Assembly (NCBI RefSeq): GCF_018350175.1
Contig: NC_058368.1
Location: 27,654,001-27,718,000, forward strand
Length of the DNA stretch: 64,000 nt
Direction of reading: 5' to 3'
Source: Felis catus
Lineage: Eukaryota
A model generated the notes under the pieces. It saw only the letters and a list, made by a program, of their open reading frames with translations. It was not told the DNA's origin and ran no database searches. The position numbers and the translations under genes are program-made. Shown one piece after another: positions 53,850 to 64,000 of this stretch. The stretch's first letter is position 1. Every line of letters starts with the position of its first letter.

Positions 53850-54380
53850 GGCAACTGCACGGATTAATAATGTAGCCACTAGCTACGTGTGGCTGAGCGC
53901 TTGAAATGTGGCTAGTCTCAGGTAAGATGTGCCATTAGTGTAAAACACACACTGGATTTCAACGACTTGGTACAATAAAAAAAGGATACAAATAAAAAAT
54001 ACCTCAACAATTTTATATTGATTACATGTCAAAATATCAATGTGGAATCACGGGGCTAAATAAAATACATTGTTAAAACTAAATTCACCTGGGGCACCTG
54101 GGTAGCTCAGTCGGTTAAACATCCGACTTCCGCTCAGGTCATGATCTCCCGGTTTGTGAGTTCGAGCCCCCTATCAGGCTCTGTGTTGACAGCTCAGAGC
54201 CTTGAGCCTACTTCCGATTCTGTGTCTCCCTCTCTCTCTGCCCCTCCCCCGCTCTCTCTCTCAAAAATAAACGTTAAAAAGATAATTAAATTAACTTCAC
54301 CTGTTTTTCACGTTTTAAAAATGGCTACAGAAAACGTAAAGGTCTGTATGTGGCTTGCATTACGCTTCTACTGGACACTT
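53850..54380. mobile_element. MER33-like hAT MITE with a CanSINE insert (54091-54292)
   Basis: gtagccactagctacgtgtggctgagcgcttgaaatgtggctagt...atgtggcttgcatta...ctggaca; SINE TSD ttcacctg. Confidence 0.8.
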
Positions 54381-54439
54381 ACTTTTCCCAGCTCTGCATT
54401 TTAGCCTGAAGAAACCACTTGCAATTTCCAACTGGGCCC

Positions 54440-54815
54440 TGTTTCTCTGGCTTACGACACTGTAGACACTACTACCGGTGCCTGAAACACTTTTTCCTCT
54501 CCCTTTCGCTGAGTTATCTGCCACTCATTCTTCAGATCTTAGTTTTTAACCGTCTTTCTCCAAGAAGCCTCCTCTGACTTCACTCCTTACCCCCGCAAGG
54601 CTGGAGTGGGGTCCACTCTAGGCGATAGGTGAATCCATCCTACCTAGGATGATGGGTGATCGGCGAATCCATCCTACCGTACTTACCACGCGGTATCCGC
54701 AACTGCCTGTCTCCTGGTCTATCTCCCCGCAAGACTGTAAGCTCCTTGAGGGAACAGAGGCTACACACGCCTACTCGTCCACGCCCGGCACGGAGCACAG
54801 CTCGGCTCACGAAAG
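54440..54815 (+). mobile_element. L2 3'-end remnant at the CpG island shore
   Basis: ttctccaagaagcctcctctgac; agactgtaagctccttgaggg. Confidence 0.65.
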
Positions 54816-55240
54816 AGGGGGTGGGACCAGGACGTGAACGCCGGGACTACCACCGTCGGAAGGGAGAGAGGGGTGAGGAGTGACGCACGGCCTACAGGAG
54901 TCCGCGGGGTGCCAGCACGCAGGCCCGGAGACGGGCGGGAACGGCCGGAGGGACTCACCAGTCCGTGGTCGATGTCCGCATCGGCCCTTTTGGTCGCCGG
55001 CGGCGAATACTCGGCGTAACGCAGACCTTCCCCGGCAGGAGCGACGCCGCCACCGGCAGCCATGGCAATGGGAGGCGGGGAGGACTCCGGGCGCCGGGGC
55101 GTCGCCTACGAGACGGCCGCAGGGACAAACTAGTTAGGGCGGTTCATTCGCGGGTTTAGTTGGCACCGCCCCTCGCTGCCCCAAAGGAGGGCGTGGCCCC
55201 AGAAGATCTCCTTCTCACCCAGGCGGGGACCGTTTTGTCC
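54740..55240 (-). promoter_or_regulatory. DNAJC15: CpG island and TATA-less promoter of DNAJC15 spanning exon 1 and the start of intron 1
   Basis: Sharp rise in GC and CpG content against an AT-rich background; GC-box/KLF-like motifs (GGGCGG near 55137, GGGCGTGGC near 55190, GGCGGGG near 55222). Confidence 0.9.
54959..55063 (-). CDS. DNAJC15: DNAJC15 coding exon 1 (35 codons, MAAGGGVAPAGEGLRYAEYSPPATKRADADIDHGL)
   Basis: ATG in strong Kozak context (ATTGCCATGG); donor CTG|gtgagt at 54958; similar to recalled human MAARGVIAPVGESLRYAEYLQPSAKRPDADVDQQRL; phase 0. Confidence 0.96.
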
Positions 55241-56632
55241 CAGTGAAACCTGGGGTCAGACTCTGAGCTGAGACCCCCTAGGACGTGTAGGATTTTTTGT
55301 TTGACGGAGATTCGGAGGCCCAAAGTCAAGGTTGGGCCTCCTGGGCATTGTGTGGTGGAGCTGGCTCTTCCCCAACCCTTCTTCCTACCAGGGGCCAGGA
55401 CTTAAGCCCTATGGTCTGATGTTATTCTCATCAAATTGCTATTCTAGGGAGACCCGGAGGCTCCAACTGCACTGCCTATAGGTCTCTGACCCACACCAGA
55501 CCTTTCTTCCCACCCGCAACTACTGATCATACTTCTGTTTAATGCCGCAATTCTCCAATCCATGAAAGCAATAGAAGTGGTAATTTGCGTATTCTACCCT
55601 TCGCTCCGCATGGACGGTTATATTTAAGATGAAATTACAAAGAAGAAACATAAGCAAGGAAATAAACCTCACTCCCCACAAATGGTTTTGTGCTGACTTG
55701 GATGTAGAAAGACCCATTTTATTATTAATGTTTAAGTGAAGCCTTTGGTGCAAAAATTCACCGACAGATGAAGCCAGTGAAGGGTTTTCCAACTCCTGAA
55801 CCCTCTTGGCCCCTCTTTTGCCGTTTGTAACCATTGGAAGAGGTGTGAGTTCTAGTGTATGGTCTATCATTTTTCTGGGCTTGTGTCCCTGCAATACCCA
55901 TTTACCTCTCCAAATCGCTCCTTATCTGTGGAAGGGGAATGACATTGCCCAACATTCAGACTCAGGAAAGTTGCAAGGATAAAATGAAAAAAGGCGGGGG
56001 GGGGGGGGGGGGGAGGAGAGAAGGATATGGAGGCAGTTTGTACGTGCAGTTACCGTATACTACACACAGTTACTACCACAATGCTGTTGGTATTTATGGG
56101 AGGGCATGGTCACTTTTAACAGGGATCTTCAGAGAAGGGTCTGATGACTCCAATTTTAAAGAAAAAGCTTCCACAGAGACTATCAGTTCTCAGCTTTTGG
56201 TTCGTTGCTAAGGTCACCCTCACCCCCAAGGAAAGGGTGGAAATGAACAATTAAGTCCCCTCTCGCCTCACACAGATGTCTTGAGCTAAATTCACTTCTC
56301 TGGTTTCCCTGAGAACGAAAAGGAATGCTTTTTGTGAAACCCGAAAAGGAAGGCACGTTACATTTTCATCAGCCCGTTTTTATTAGTTACACCATTTCAA
56401 AGACAGGTTACATTATGTTCAATAGACTTTGTAAAAGAAAGGCAGGTGCTGGTAATATATCTTAGAAACATTTTGGTAAAAGATGTCTTAAACATTTGTT
56501 GCTTAAGAATACTTTTAGCAAAAAAAAAAAAAAAAAAAAAAGAGACCTCTGTGTGCCTCAGTCTCCTCATCAGGAAAATGGGAGATGATAATGGAACTTC
56601 CGTGGTGAGGATTAATGGGTTTTGTAAAGCTC

Positions 56633-56830
56633 TTATTTTTTTTTTAAATGTTTTATTTGTTTTTGAGAGAGCACAAGTGGGGAAGGAGCAGAGAGAGGGA
56701 GACAGAGGATCTGAAGTGGGTTCTCTGCTGAGAGCAGTGAGCCCAACATGGGGCTTGAACTCACTAACTGAGAGAGATCACGACCTGAGCTCAAGTCAGA
56801 CGCTCATCCCTCTGAGGCACCCAGGTGCCC
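56633..56830 (-). mobile_element. CanSINE inserted in a MIR
   Basis: TSD ttttgtaaagctctta; MIR ctctgtgtgcctcagtctcctcatc...aaaatggg. Confidence 0.88.
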
Positions 56831-57160
56831 CAGCTTTTGTAAAGCTCTTAAAACAGTGCTGGATGCCTTGTAAATTCTATGAAAGTGTTAGTTACTATTT
56901 TCTGTTTATGACTTCTTTCACCTATTTGTTTCCTATGTATTTTCTCATTGCTGCCCCCTGCCCCCGCCAGCGATTGTGTTTGATCTCCAAGTGATTGTCC
57001 TGTCTTTGAAATGATAAAATGTGATTAAACATTATATATAATGAGAAAGTGTAAGTGTGGGGAGAGAAAAAATTATTTTTATGAAAATGAAATTAAATGC
57101 ATTAGAAATACTTCATAAAAAGCAACTTATGCATATATATTTTTTTAAAAAAACAACTCA

Positions 57161-57835
57161 GGGGTGCCTGGGTGGCTCTGTCAGTTAAGCCTCCAACTCT
57201 TTTTTTTTTTTTAACGTTTTATTTATTTTTGAGACAGAGACAGAGCATGAACGGGGGAGGGGCAGAGAGAGAGGGGAGGGGCAGAGGGAGAGGGGAGGGG
57301 CAGAGAGAGAGGGAGACACAGAATCTGAAGCAGGCTCCAGGCTCTGAGCCATCAGCCCAGAGCCTGATGCGGGGCTCGAACTCATGGACCGCGAGATCGT
57401 GACCTGAGCTGAAGTCGGACACTTAACCGACTGAGCCACCCAGGCGCCCCAAGCCTCCAACTCTTAATTTCAGCTCAGGTCATGATGTGGTTTGTGGGAT
57501 CCAGCCAGATGTTGGGCTCTGTGCTGACAACGGGGAGTCTGCTTCAGATTCTCTCTCTGCCCCTCCCCCACCAAAATAAATAAATGAACATTAAAAAATA
57601 AAAATAAAATAATAGGGGTGCCTAGGTGGCTCAATCAGTTAAGTGTCTGACTTCTACTTAAGTCATGATCTCACAGTTTGTGAGTTCAAGCCCTGTGTCT
57701 GGTTCTGTGCTGACAGCTCAGAGCCTGGAGCCTGTTTAGGATTCTGTGTCTCCCTCGCTCTCTGCTCCTACCCCGCTAGTGCTCTCCCTTGCTCTCTCTC
57801 AAAAATAATAAATACACATTTAAAAATAAAGTAAA
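57161..57835. mobile_element. SINE cluster: + SINE split by a - young SINE (57202-57450), followed by another + SINE (57615-57835)
   Basis: TSD aagcctccaactctt at 57187-57201 and 57451-57465. Confidence 0.92.
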
Positions 57836-58156
57836 ATGAAATGCTGTTAAATGGTAGGCATGGGGTGAGAATCGTAACAATGGAGCATGATTCTACATTC
57901 AGTTTGTTTTTCAAATGTTTTGTTCCCCCTCTATTTTAAAGGAACCCAAATTAGGAATCATATCGGAAGATTATCTATGCGGAAGAAATCTGAGGCAGAG
58001 GACCCACATCCATGTAAAAGGCCTTAACCCTGAAGATCAACATGGAGCACATGAATAGATACAGCGTGTGTCTGTTGTGTTATCAAAATTTCACAGGCAA
58101 TGGGAGGAAGGATGCTTTTAGGATAAAAATCAAAGTCTGAAAAAGCTCTTTAGTGA

Positions 58157-58303
58157 GGGGTGCCTGGCTGGCTCAGTTGGTAGAGCATGAGACCCTTGAT
58201 CTCAGGGTGGTGAGTTCAAGCTTCACGATGCACATAGAGGTTACTTAGGAAAAAAGAAGAAGAAGAAGAAGAAGAAGAAGAAGAAGAAGAAGAAGAAGAA
58301 GAA
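58157..58303 (+). mobile_element. Short tRNA-derived CanSINE with a (GAA)~16 tail
   Basis: TSD ctttagtgag / ccttagtgag. Confidence 0.85.
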
Positions 58304-58357
58304 ATCTCCTTAGTGAGAAATAGTGATTTATAAGGGATCTTTAAAAAATAATGTTTA

Positions 58358-58470
58358 GGGGCACCTGGGTGGCTCAGTCAGTTAAGCAGCCAACTCTTGA
58401 TTTAGGCTTAGGTCACGATCCCAGGGTCATAGGATCAAGCCCCGTGTTGGGCTCCACACTCAGCAGGGAG

Positions 58471-58520
<50 letters not shown>

Positions 58521-58605
58521 TGCCCCTCACCCCAGCTTGCACTCTCTCCTTGTCTCTCAAAATAAAATAAAATAAAATAAAATAAAATAAAATAAAATAA
58601 AATAT
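58358..58605 (+). mobile_element. CanSINE with (CT)n and a (TAAAA)n tail
   Basis: TSD aataatgttta. Confidence 0.9.
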
Positions 58606-59239
58606 TAATAATAATGTTTAAAGCATATTTCATTATCGTTATGATCCCTGATTTATTTAGTTTTTCAATTAACCCATCAACCACTATCCTGGTCTGGTCA
58701 GAAAAGAGGGCTCTCCCGTGTGGCAAGTGCAGCGAGCATAAAGGAGGATGGGTCTAAAAAAAGAGGAAAGGATTCACGGAAGACAGCGTTCAAGCTGACT
58801 ATGGGAGAATGAATACAGATTTGCTGGATTGATAAGACTGAGACAGGCTTGGGAACAAGGTATGAGAAAGCAATGTGTATGAGCGGTACTACAAGTAATT
58901 CAGTTCTGCTAAAGCTTAAAGTATAGACAAGAGAATATAGATAGATGAGAGTGGACAGATAACCAGAGGAGGGCCAGATATTAAACAGCTTTACTTAATA
59001 AGAAAAGGCATTTGGAATTGACCTTATAGGTAAAGCCAAGACATCAAAACACGTAGACTGTGGCAGTGACACGATCAGATCTACACGCTAAGAAGATCAT
59101 TCTGGTAGTGGTGTGGGATTGATGGGTCAAAACAAAAGGAGGGAAATCTGCAAGAAAGTTATTTCAAAAGTCTCAGTAAGAAATGTCGGGTGCTGAACTA
59201 GGAACGTAGGCAGACACGGCAAGGAGGGATATGGTGACC

Positions 59240-59765
59240 TTTATTAGTTTCCTCCCCACTTCAATCCCTCTTGGCCCCACCCAAAGGGACCCAAGGATTG
59301 ACTCTGCCCCCAACTGTCAGGGTGGGTCCTGAGTAACCTAAGCCAACCAAGGTATCACATCATTCTAAGCATATGTTTGTTTCATGGATGGCACATATCT
59401 CTTCTAGGACATTGGGGTTATAGAAAGTATTTGCTGGGTGCTTCTGGGAGAGCAGCTTTTTCTCTCTTCTGCTAGACATGAACAGAGAAGCGTAAAGACC
59501 TAACTGTGGTTGGCAATCGTGGGACAACCATGAGCTACGGTGACCATTTTAGTTCCCATCTCAAACTAGGTTACAGGTGAATGAAAGTCAGTGCTATAAA
59601 TAATTACGTTAGGACTTTAGGATGAAGCAAACACCGTTGAAAGCCACAAGGAGATTAAAAAGAAACTGAGGCCCTCATGATATTAACTACTATTTCAAGC
59701 TTCAATTAAAGTCTACCTCATCTCTGAACTTCTTAGTTTAAAGTAAAAATTCCCTTTGTTTTAAT
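59240..59765 (+). mobile_element. MLT1 (K/L-like) MaLR LTR remnant
   Basis: ttcatggatggcacat, ggatgaagcaaacac...agaaactgaggccctcatgata, aaattccctttgttt. Confidence 0.55.
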
Positions 59766-60016
59766 TTTTCTTTAAGTATTTAAAAAGCATAAAGATAGTA
59801 GAATGAACCCTCATATTCCGCAAATCCAGATTCAACAATTGTCAAGATTCTGCTGCAATTCTTCATCTATTTTCCTTTTCTGATGAAGTATTTTAAAGAA
59901 AATCAAGGTATCACGTCATTTCTGATTATTTCTGATTATTTCAGTAGGCGTTTCAGTATGGACATGTTCTCATGTCACGTCATTGTGAACCTAACAAAAA
60001 TAGTTGGTAGCCTTTT

Positions 60017-60490
60017 GTGTTGTCGGGGAGGAAGACTGTCCTCTGCCTTTCACAGTTCTTCTAGCTGGACTTGGCATCAAATTGACATGAGAGGGATTAA
60101 GAGGAGAAAATCAAATTTAACAGGTGTACGTATGAGGAATCCATACAGACATCGAATTCCAAAGACAATGAGGCAACATGAAGTTTATATGAGCTAAGGA
60201 GCGGGGTAGGGTCTGAGGAGACAACAAGTAGGAAGGCCACTAGCAGGAAGGTGAAAGGAGATGTTTCGGAAAAAGTTTGCTCTATTATACAGGTAAGTTT
60301 CTTAGGTAAATGGGAGTTTCTGTTAATAGCTCCCTGTCTGGTACGGGCTCTTCTTTCCAATGTATATCCAGGCAGTTGAGAATCAGGAAGAGGGCTTTTC
60401 CTCCATATGCTGTGTTCAGATTATATTTAACTCAAAATAGTGTTCATGCCAAGGAAACCCACCTTGGGGCAGCCTGCCCTTGTACAGTAC
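60017..60490 (-). mobile_element. ERV1-class solo LTR (carnivore LTR / MER34-LTR39-like) inside an old minus-strand L1MC fragment (about 59770-60700)
   Basis: aaattgacatgagagggattaagaggagaaaa motif; flanks cagattcaacaattgtcaagatt and ccaaatttccctgattgt are L1MC-like. Confidence 0.55.
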
Positions 60491-60910
60491 AGTGTCATCT
60501 AATATCCAGTACTTATCCAAATTTCCCTGATTGTTACAAAAAAAAACTTTAAAATAGCTGGTTTGTTCATGTTGGGATCCGAACAAAATCCAAACAAACA
60601 TGCAGCAGCTGATGTTTATGTCACATTAGTCGCATTTAATCACAAAAATCCCTTTCCCCACATTTTTCATACCATTGACTTGTTGAAGAAACCATCACCC
60701 TAGTTTTAAGCCAGGTTTTAGTGGGATTTTCCATATTTGTCACCGAAGTAGTCTTACTAATCCAAGGGGAGAAATCTAAGGAGTGAAGAGATAGTGTCAA
60801 GAAGACAGGGGATTGAGCAGATAGAAGGGAAAAGGGAAAGGGAAGAGTTCGAAGTGATTCTTAGATTTCTGCCAGTGGCAACTACTGGGGTAGGAAAACA
60901 CATATAGAAC

Positions 60911-61057
<147 letters not shown>

Positions 61058-61291
61058 TGAATTAGACTCTGTGCACACCAAGACTGAGAAAGCAGATGGG
61101 AGGAAGGGAGAGAAGGAGGAAACTACAAATAAAAAGCCAGAAAGGTAGAAGAGGTAGAAATCAGGAGAGAGTGGGGTCATGGAAAGCAAGGAAATTTCAA
61201 AAAGGATGAAACAGTGGAAAATGCCAGATACCTGTAGGTAAACCAAGTAAGATGAGGGTCTAATGTGCCCATTGAATTTGACAAGTAGGTA

Positions 61292-61908
61292 TGACATAGG
61301 CAGGCCAGGCCTGAGGACCCAGAAGGGGTCCCATAGGACCAGCCAAGGGGGTCCTTGGCTTCACGTAGGATAGAAATCAAACATCAGCTGGAAGGAAGTG
61401 AGAGCATTTCTTTATTGAAGATAGAGAAAGAATGCAGATACAGACCGAGCATCTGGGAAATTGGGAAAGGAAAGTAGAGTGAGTCTCTCCTTTGCTTGGG
61501 GTCTGCGGGGTTTTTTGAGGATTGTGGTCTCATGTACGTGTCCTCTCAGGCAACCAGGAACAAAGACAAAGACAAGTATCTAGGCATCCTCCATAAGTCA
61601 TTTATGTCCTGGAGCCGGTGGTGGTTGTGTCAGGTATCTGGAGTCAGGGGTCTGGAAAACACACATGACAGTCTTAAAGTGACCTGGTCACTCCTCAGAT
61701 GTTATCTACTGTGCTGGAAGCTTCCAAAGAAAGCATGAACTCTTTGACCCTTACAGAGAGGACATACCTATTATAAGGCATGTGTGTGTGTGTGGGGGGG
61801 GGGGGGGGGGGAGGGTGCAGGTCCCAGCAAAAAAAAAAAAAAAAAAAAATGCAGGAAAATGAACAAAAAAGCAATTCTTCATGGAGTCCCCTTAGTTTTC
61901 CTATCTCA
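61292..61908 (-). mobile_element. ERV1-class solo LTR inserted in an L2 fragment
   Basis: TG...CA termini with 4-bp TSD ggta/ggtg; tttatt (minus-strand AATAAA) near 61411; L2 sequence resumes on both sides. Confidence 0.75.
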
Positions 61909-63028
61909 GGTGCTCACTTGTGACCAGAGCAAAAATAGTTTCATCCATCACCTCCCATCACACACTCTAGAATATTCTAAAAAATATTCTTCTAAAAAAA
62001 AAGTATGAGTTGAGCAATGTGGAATCCTATTCCCCTGTGCACTGATATCAGATAGTTTACATAGCACAAAGAGAAGGCAAAAAACGAGTTAATTTGGATT
62101 TTATCATCCATCAGATGATTAGTTTTTTAAAACGACTATTGCTCACTCCATGATGGCTTGGATAATTGCTACAAAGTTCATCCCTTGGAACTTAAGTAGG
62201 AAGACAGTGAAATACTCTGCCTTCTTCCCCGTAATAAAATTCACTGAACTACCTAAGGCAAAGAAATACAGCTGAGGCGTGGTTTCAGGACCGTATTTCT
62301 AATCTGATAGGAGATTTTAAAACCAAAGAAATAAGCCTCCAGGAAGTCACACGGGGATAAGCCAAACAAAAATGCATTTTCAGTTTTTCGCTTCAACACG
62401 TATTTTCAGTTGACTGACTGCCAGTAGCTGGAAAGCTGGTTCTGGCCTATGTCAAAGGCAGTGAAGTAAGTGCCCTTCATGGAGGCGTCCACCCCCGGAA
62501 AATGGGAATCTACATCATGTAGGCTCGTCCAATGGTCACCCAGAGCGGCTTCCGCTGTTCAGGTGCCAGCTAGAGATAATCCCATGAAAGAAAAGCTGGC
62601 GCCCGTACGCACACGTTATTTTCTGGAGCCAATGTACATTTTGTGCTTTTGTCTCTCGGAGCCAGAACAGCATAAACAATGCCAAACCCGGTTTTCTGAT
62701 CATTTTCAGGCTGATTGAATCTGGCACATGACATGGTTTTATCTAATTAACCCACATGTGGTACAAAACAAAACAAATTTGAAACGGAAAGCTTTCTGCT
62801 TTTATTGAAAGACGGAGGTGAATATGCAATTATTTTGTCCTTGTCTCTCAGCCAGATTTACAGTTGAGAGAGGAGGTCTTTTTCTACCAGATAGCAAAGC
62901 AAGTTCTTTGTATTACCTGACTATTATAATTAGAATTTATGATGTTCGACATGTTCCCGAATCTGGCCCTTCCTTTTTCTCTCTCTGTTCCAAAAGGAGA
63001 AGAAATGTGTGGAAGACGTGTTCCTAAT

Positions 63029-63690
63029 TGTGGTATAAGAAGAAATATAGTTGGTCTTTGCCCCTGGTTCCTGTCACAGATCTCCTAAAACCCTCGGAAT
63101 TGCTTCAGCAATACCGAGGAGCATCTCTTGTTATCCAAACTAAATTGCTTTGGAGCAGTCTGAGTTTATGCTAATGAGTGGCTTAGGGTGGGGTCCCTGG
63201 ATAGCCTCAGGATAAGGGGGTCACAAAAACCAAGTAATTAGAAGGTTGCAAATTTCAGCCCCACCCACCAACCTCTGCGAAGGAGGAAGGGGCTGGAGGC
63301 TGCACCTTAGGCTGTTAAAAAGTGCTGAACTACGAGATTTGATGAGTTTCCAGGTCGGTGAACTCAGGAGCATCCTGCACCCCAGTTCTAAGGGGATAGA
63401 AACTCCTGTGCTTGGCACTCTTCTGGACTTTATCCTATGCACCTCTTTATCTGGCTGCTCATCTGTATCCTCTACAGCATCCTTCAGAGGAAACTGGTTA
63501 ACAAAAGTAAATGTTTCTCTGAGTTCTGTGACTTACTCTAGTAAATTAATCAAACCCAAGGAGGCAGTCTTAGGAACCTCCAAATTCTAGTCAGTCTATC
63601 AGAAGCACAGGTAACAACCTGGACTTGTATTTGGCATCTGAAGTGAGACTGAGGTTGCAATTTTGTGGGTCTGAGCCCTTGGCCTATGAG
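63029..63690 (+). mobile_element. MER21-like LTR
   Basis: ggtctttgcccctggttcctg, gagtttatgctaatgag, aaattaatcaaacccaaggagg, gaagcacaggtaacaacctggacttg. Confidence 0.8.
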
Positions 63691-63785
63691 AGGTACAGAT
63701 ACGAAAAAGGGAAGATCAGAAAACCCCTGTGGTATTCAATCAGAATCAGTGTAAATTCCGTTTTATATTTATCTCATAGTCTATC

Positions 63786-64000
63786 TGTATAAGTTTCTAT
63801 TGCTACTATAAAATTACCACAAATTCAGTGACTTAAAACAACACTCATTTATTAATTGGCTCTTGGTTCTGTAGGTCAGAAATCCAAGGGAGTTCAGTTG
63901 GGTTCTATGTTCAAGGTCTCACAAGACTAACATCAAGGTGTCCGTCAGGCTAGGCTTTTATCTGGAGGCTCTGGGAAAGAATCTGTTTTGGTCAGGTTGT
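63786..64000 (-). mobile_element. MLT1 (C/D-like) MaLR LTR, partial
   Basis: attaccacaaattcagtgacttaaaacaac...ttctgtaggtcagaaatcc...ctggaggctctggg. Confidence 0.8.

Larger units (their letters stand above)
1..55150 (-). other. DNAJC15: DNAJC15 (MCJ) transcription unit, 3'-incomplete: exons 1-5 in window, last coding exon expected beyond position 1; 5' end approximate
   Basis: Five exons with canonical splice sites join in frame (379 nt) into a protein with an N-terminal region, a hydrophobic TM segment, the YYKGGFEQKMSRREA motif and the J-domain HPD motif. This matches the recalled DNAJC15 sequence and exon sizes. Confidence 0.96.

Noticed and set aside
54761..54958. Extension of the 100-aa ORF past HGL (VSPSGRSRPSPG...)
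   Set aside because: It reads through the gtgagt donor into GC-rich intron 1; similarity to DNAJC15 resumes only at exon 2.
55057..55070. RFX X-box-like palindrome over the start codon (GCAGCCATGGCAAT)
   Set aside because: Largely explained by the Kozak GCCATGG plus the Ala codon.
58157..58250. tRNA-like sequence (also at 43026-43118 and 17325-17416)
   Set aside because: These are tRNA-derived short SINE heads with A-rich tails and, where readable, TSDs; no intact cloverleaf acceptor stem.
18..58726. Many ORF-track entries of the type MAQSVK.PTSAQV... or MGQRETEHERGRGR...
   Set aside because: These are recurring translations of CanSINE bodies in either orientation, not genes.

Overview
Mammalian genomic DNA, almost certainly felid (it is dense in carnivore tRNA-derived CanSINEs, including near-intact young cat-type copies). 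The one protein-coding gene I can support is DNAJC15 (MCJ, the methylation-controlled mitochondrial J protein) on the minus strand. Exon 1 lies in a CpG island at about 55 kb. Coding exons 1-5 (105, 52, 74, 77 and 71 nt) all have canonical GT-AG boundaries and splice in frame to [126 protein letters not shown](G). The canonical last exon is not in the window and probably lies left of position 1. The rest is intron and upstream intergenic DNA filled with SINEs, L1, L2, MIR, LTRs, hAT MITEs and microsatellites, and essentially all ORF-track entries other than exon 1 look spurious. I see no convincing new biological system. The best oddities are a CpG-decayed ~240-bp local duplication in intron 4 that starts at a poly(A) signal, a candidate alternative terminal exon, a perfect 26-bp palindrome, and several nested or inverted repeat arrangements. 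Repeat subfamily names come from recalled consensus motifs, not from a database search.
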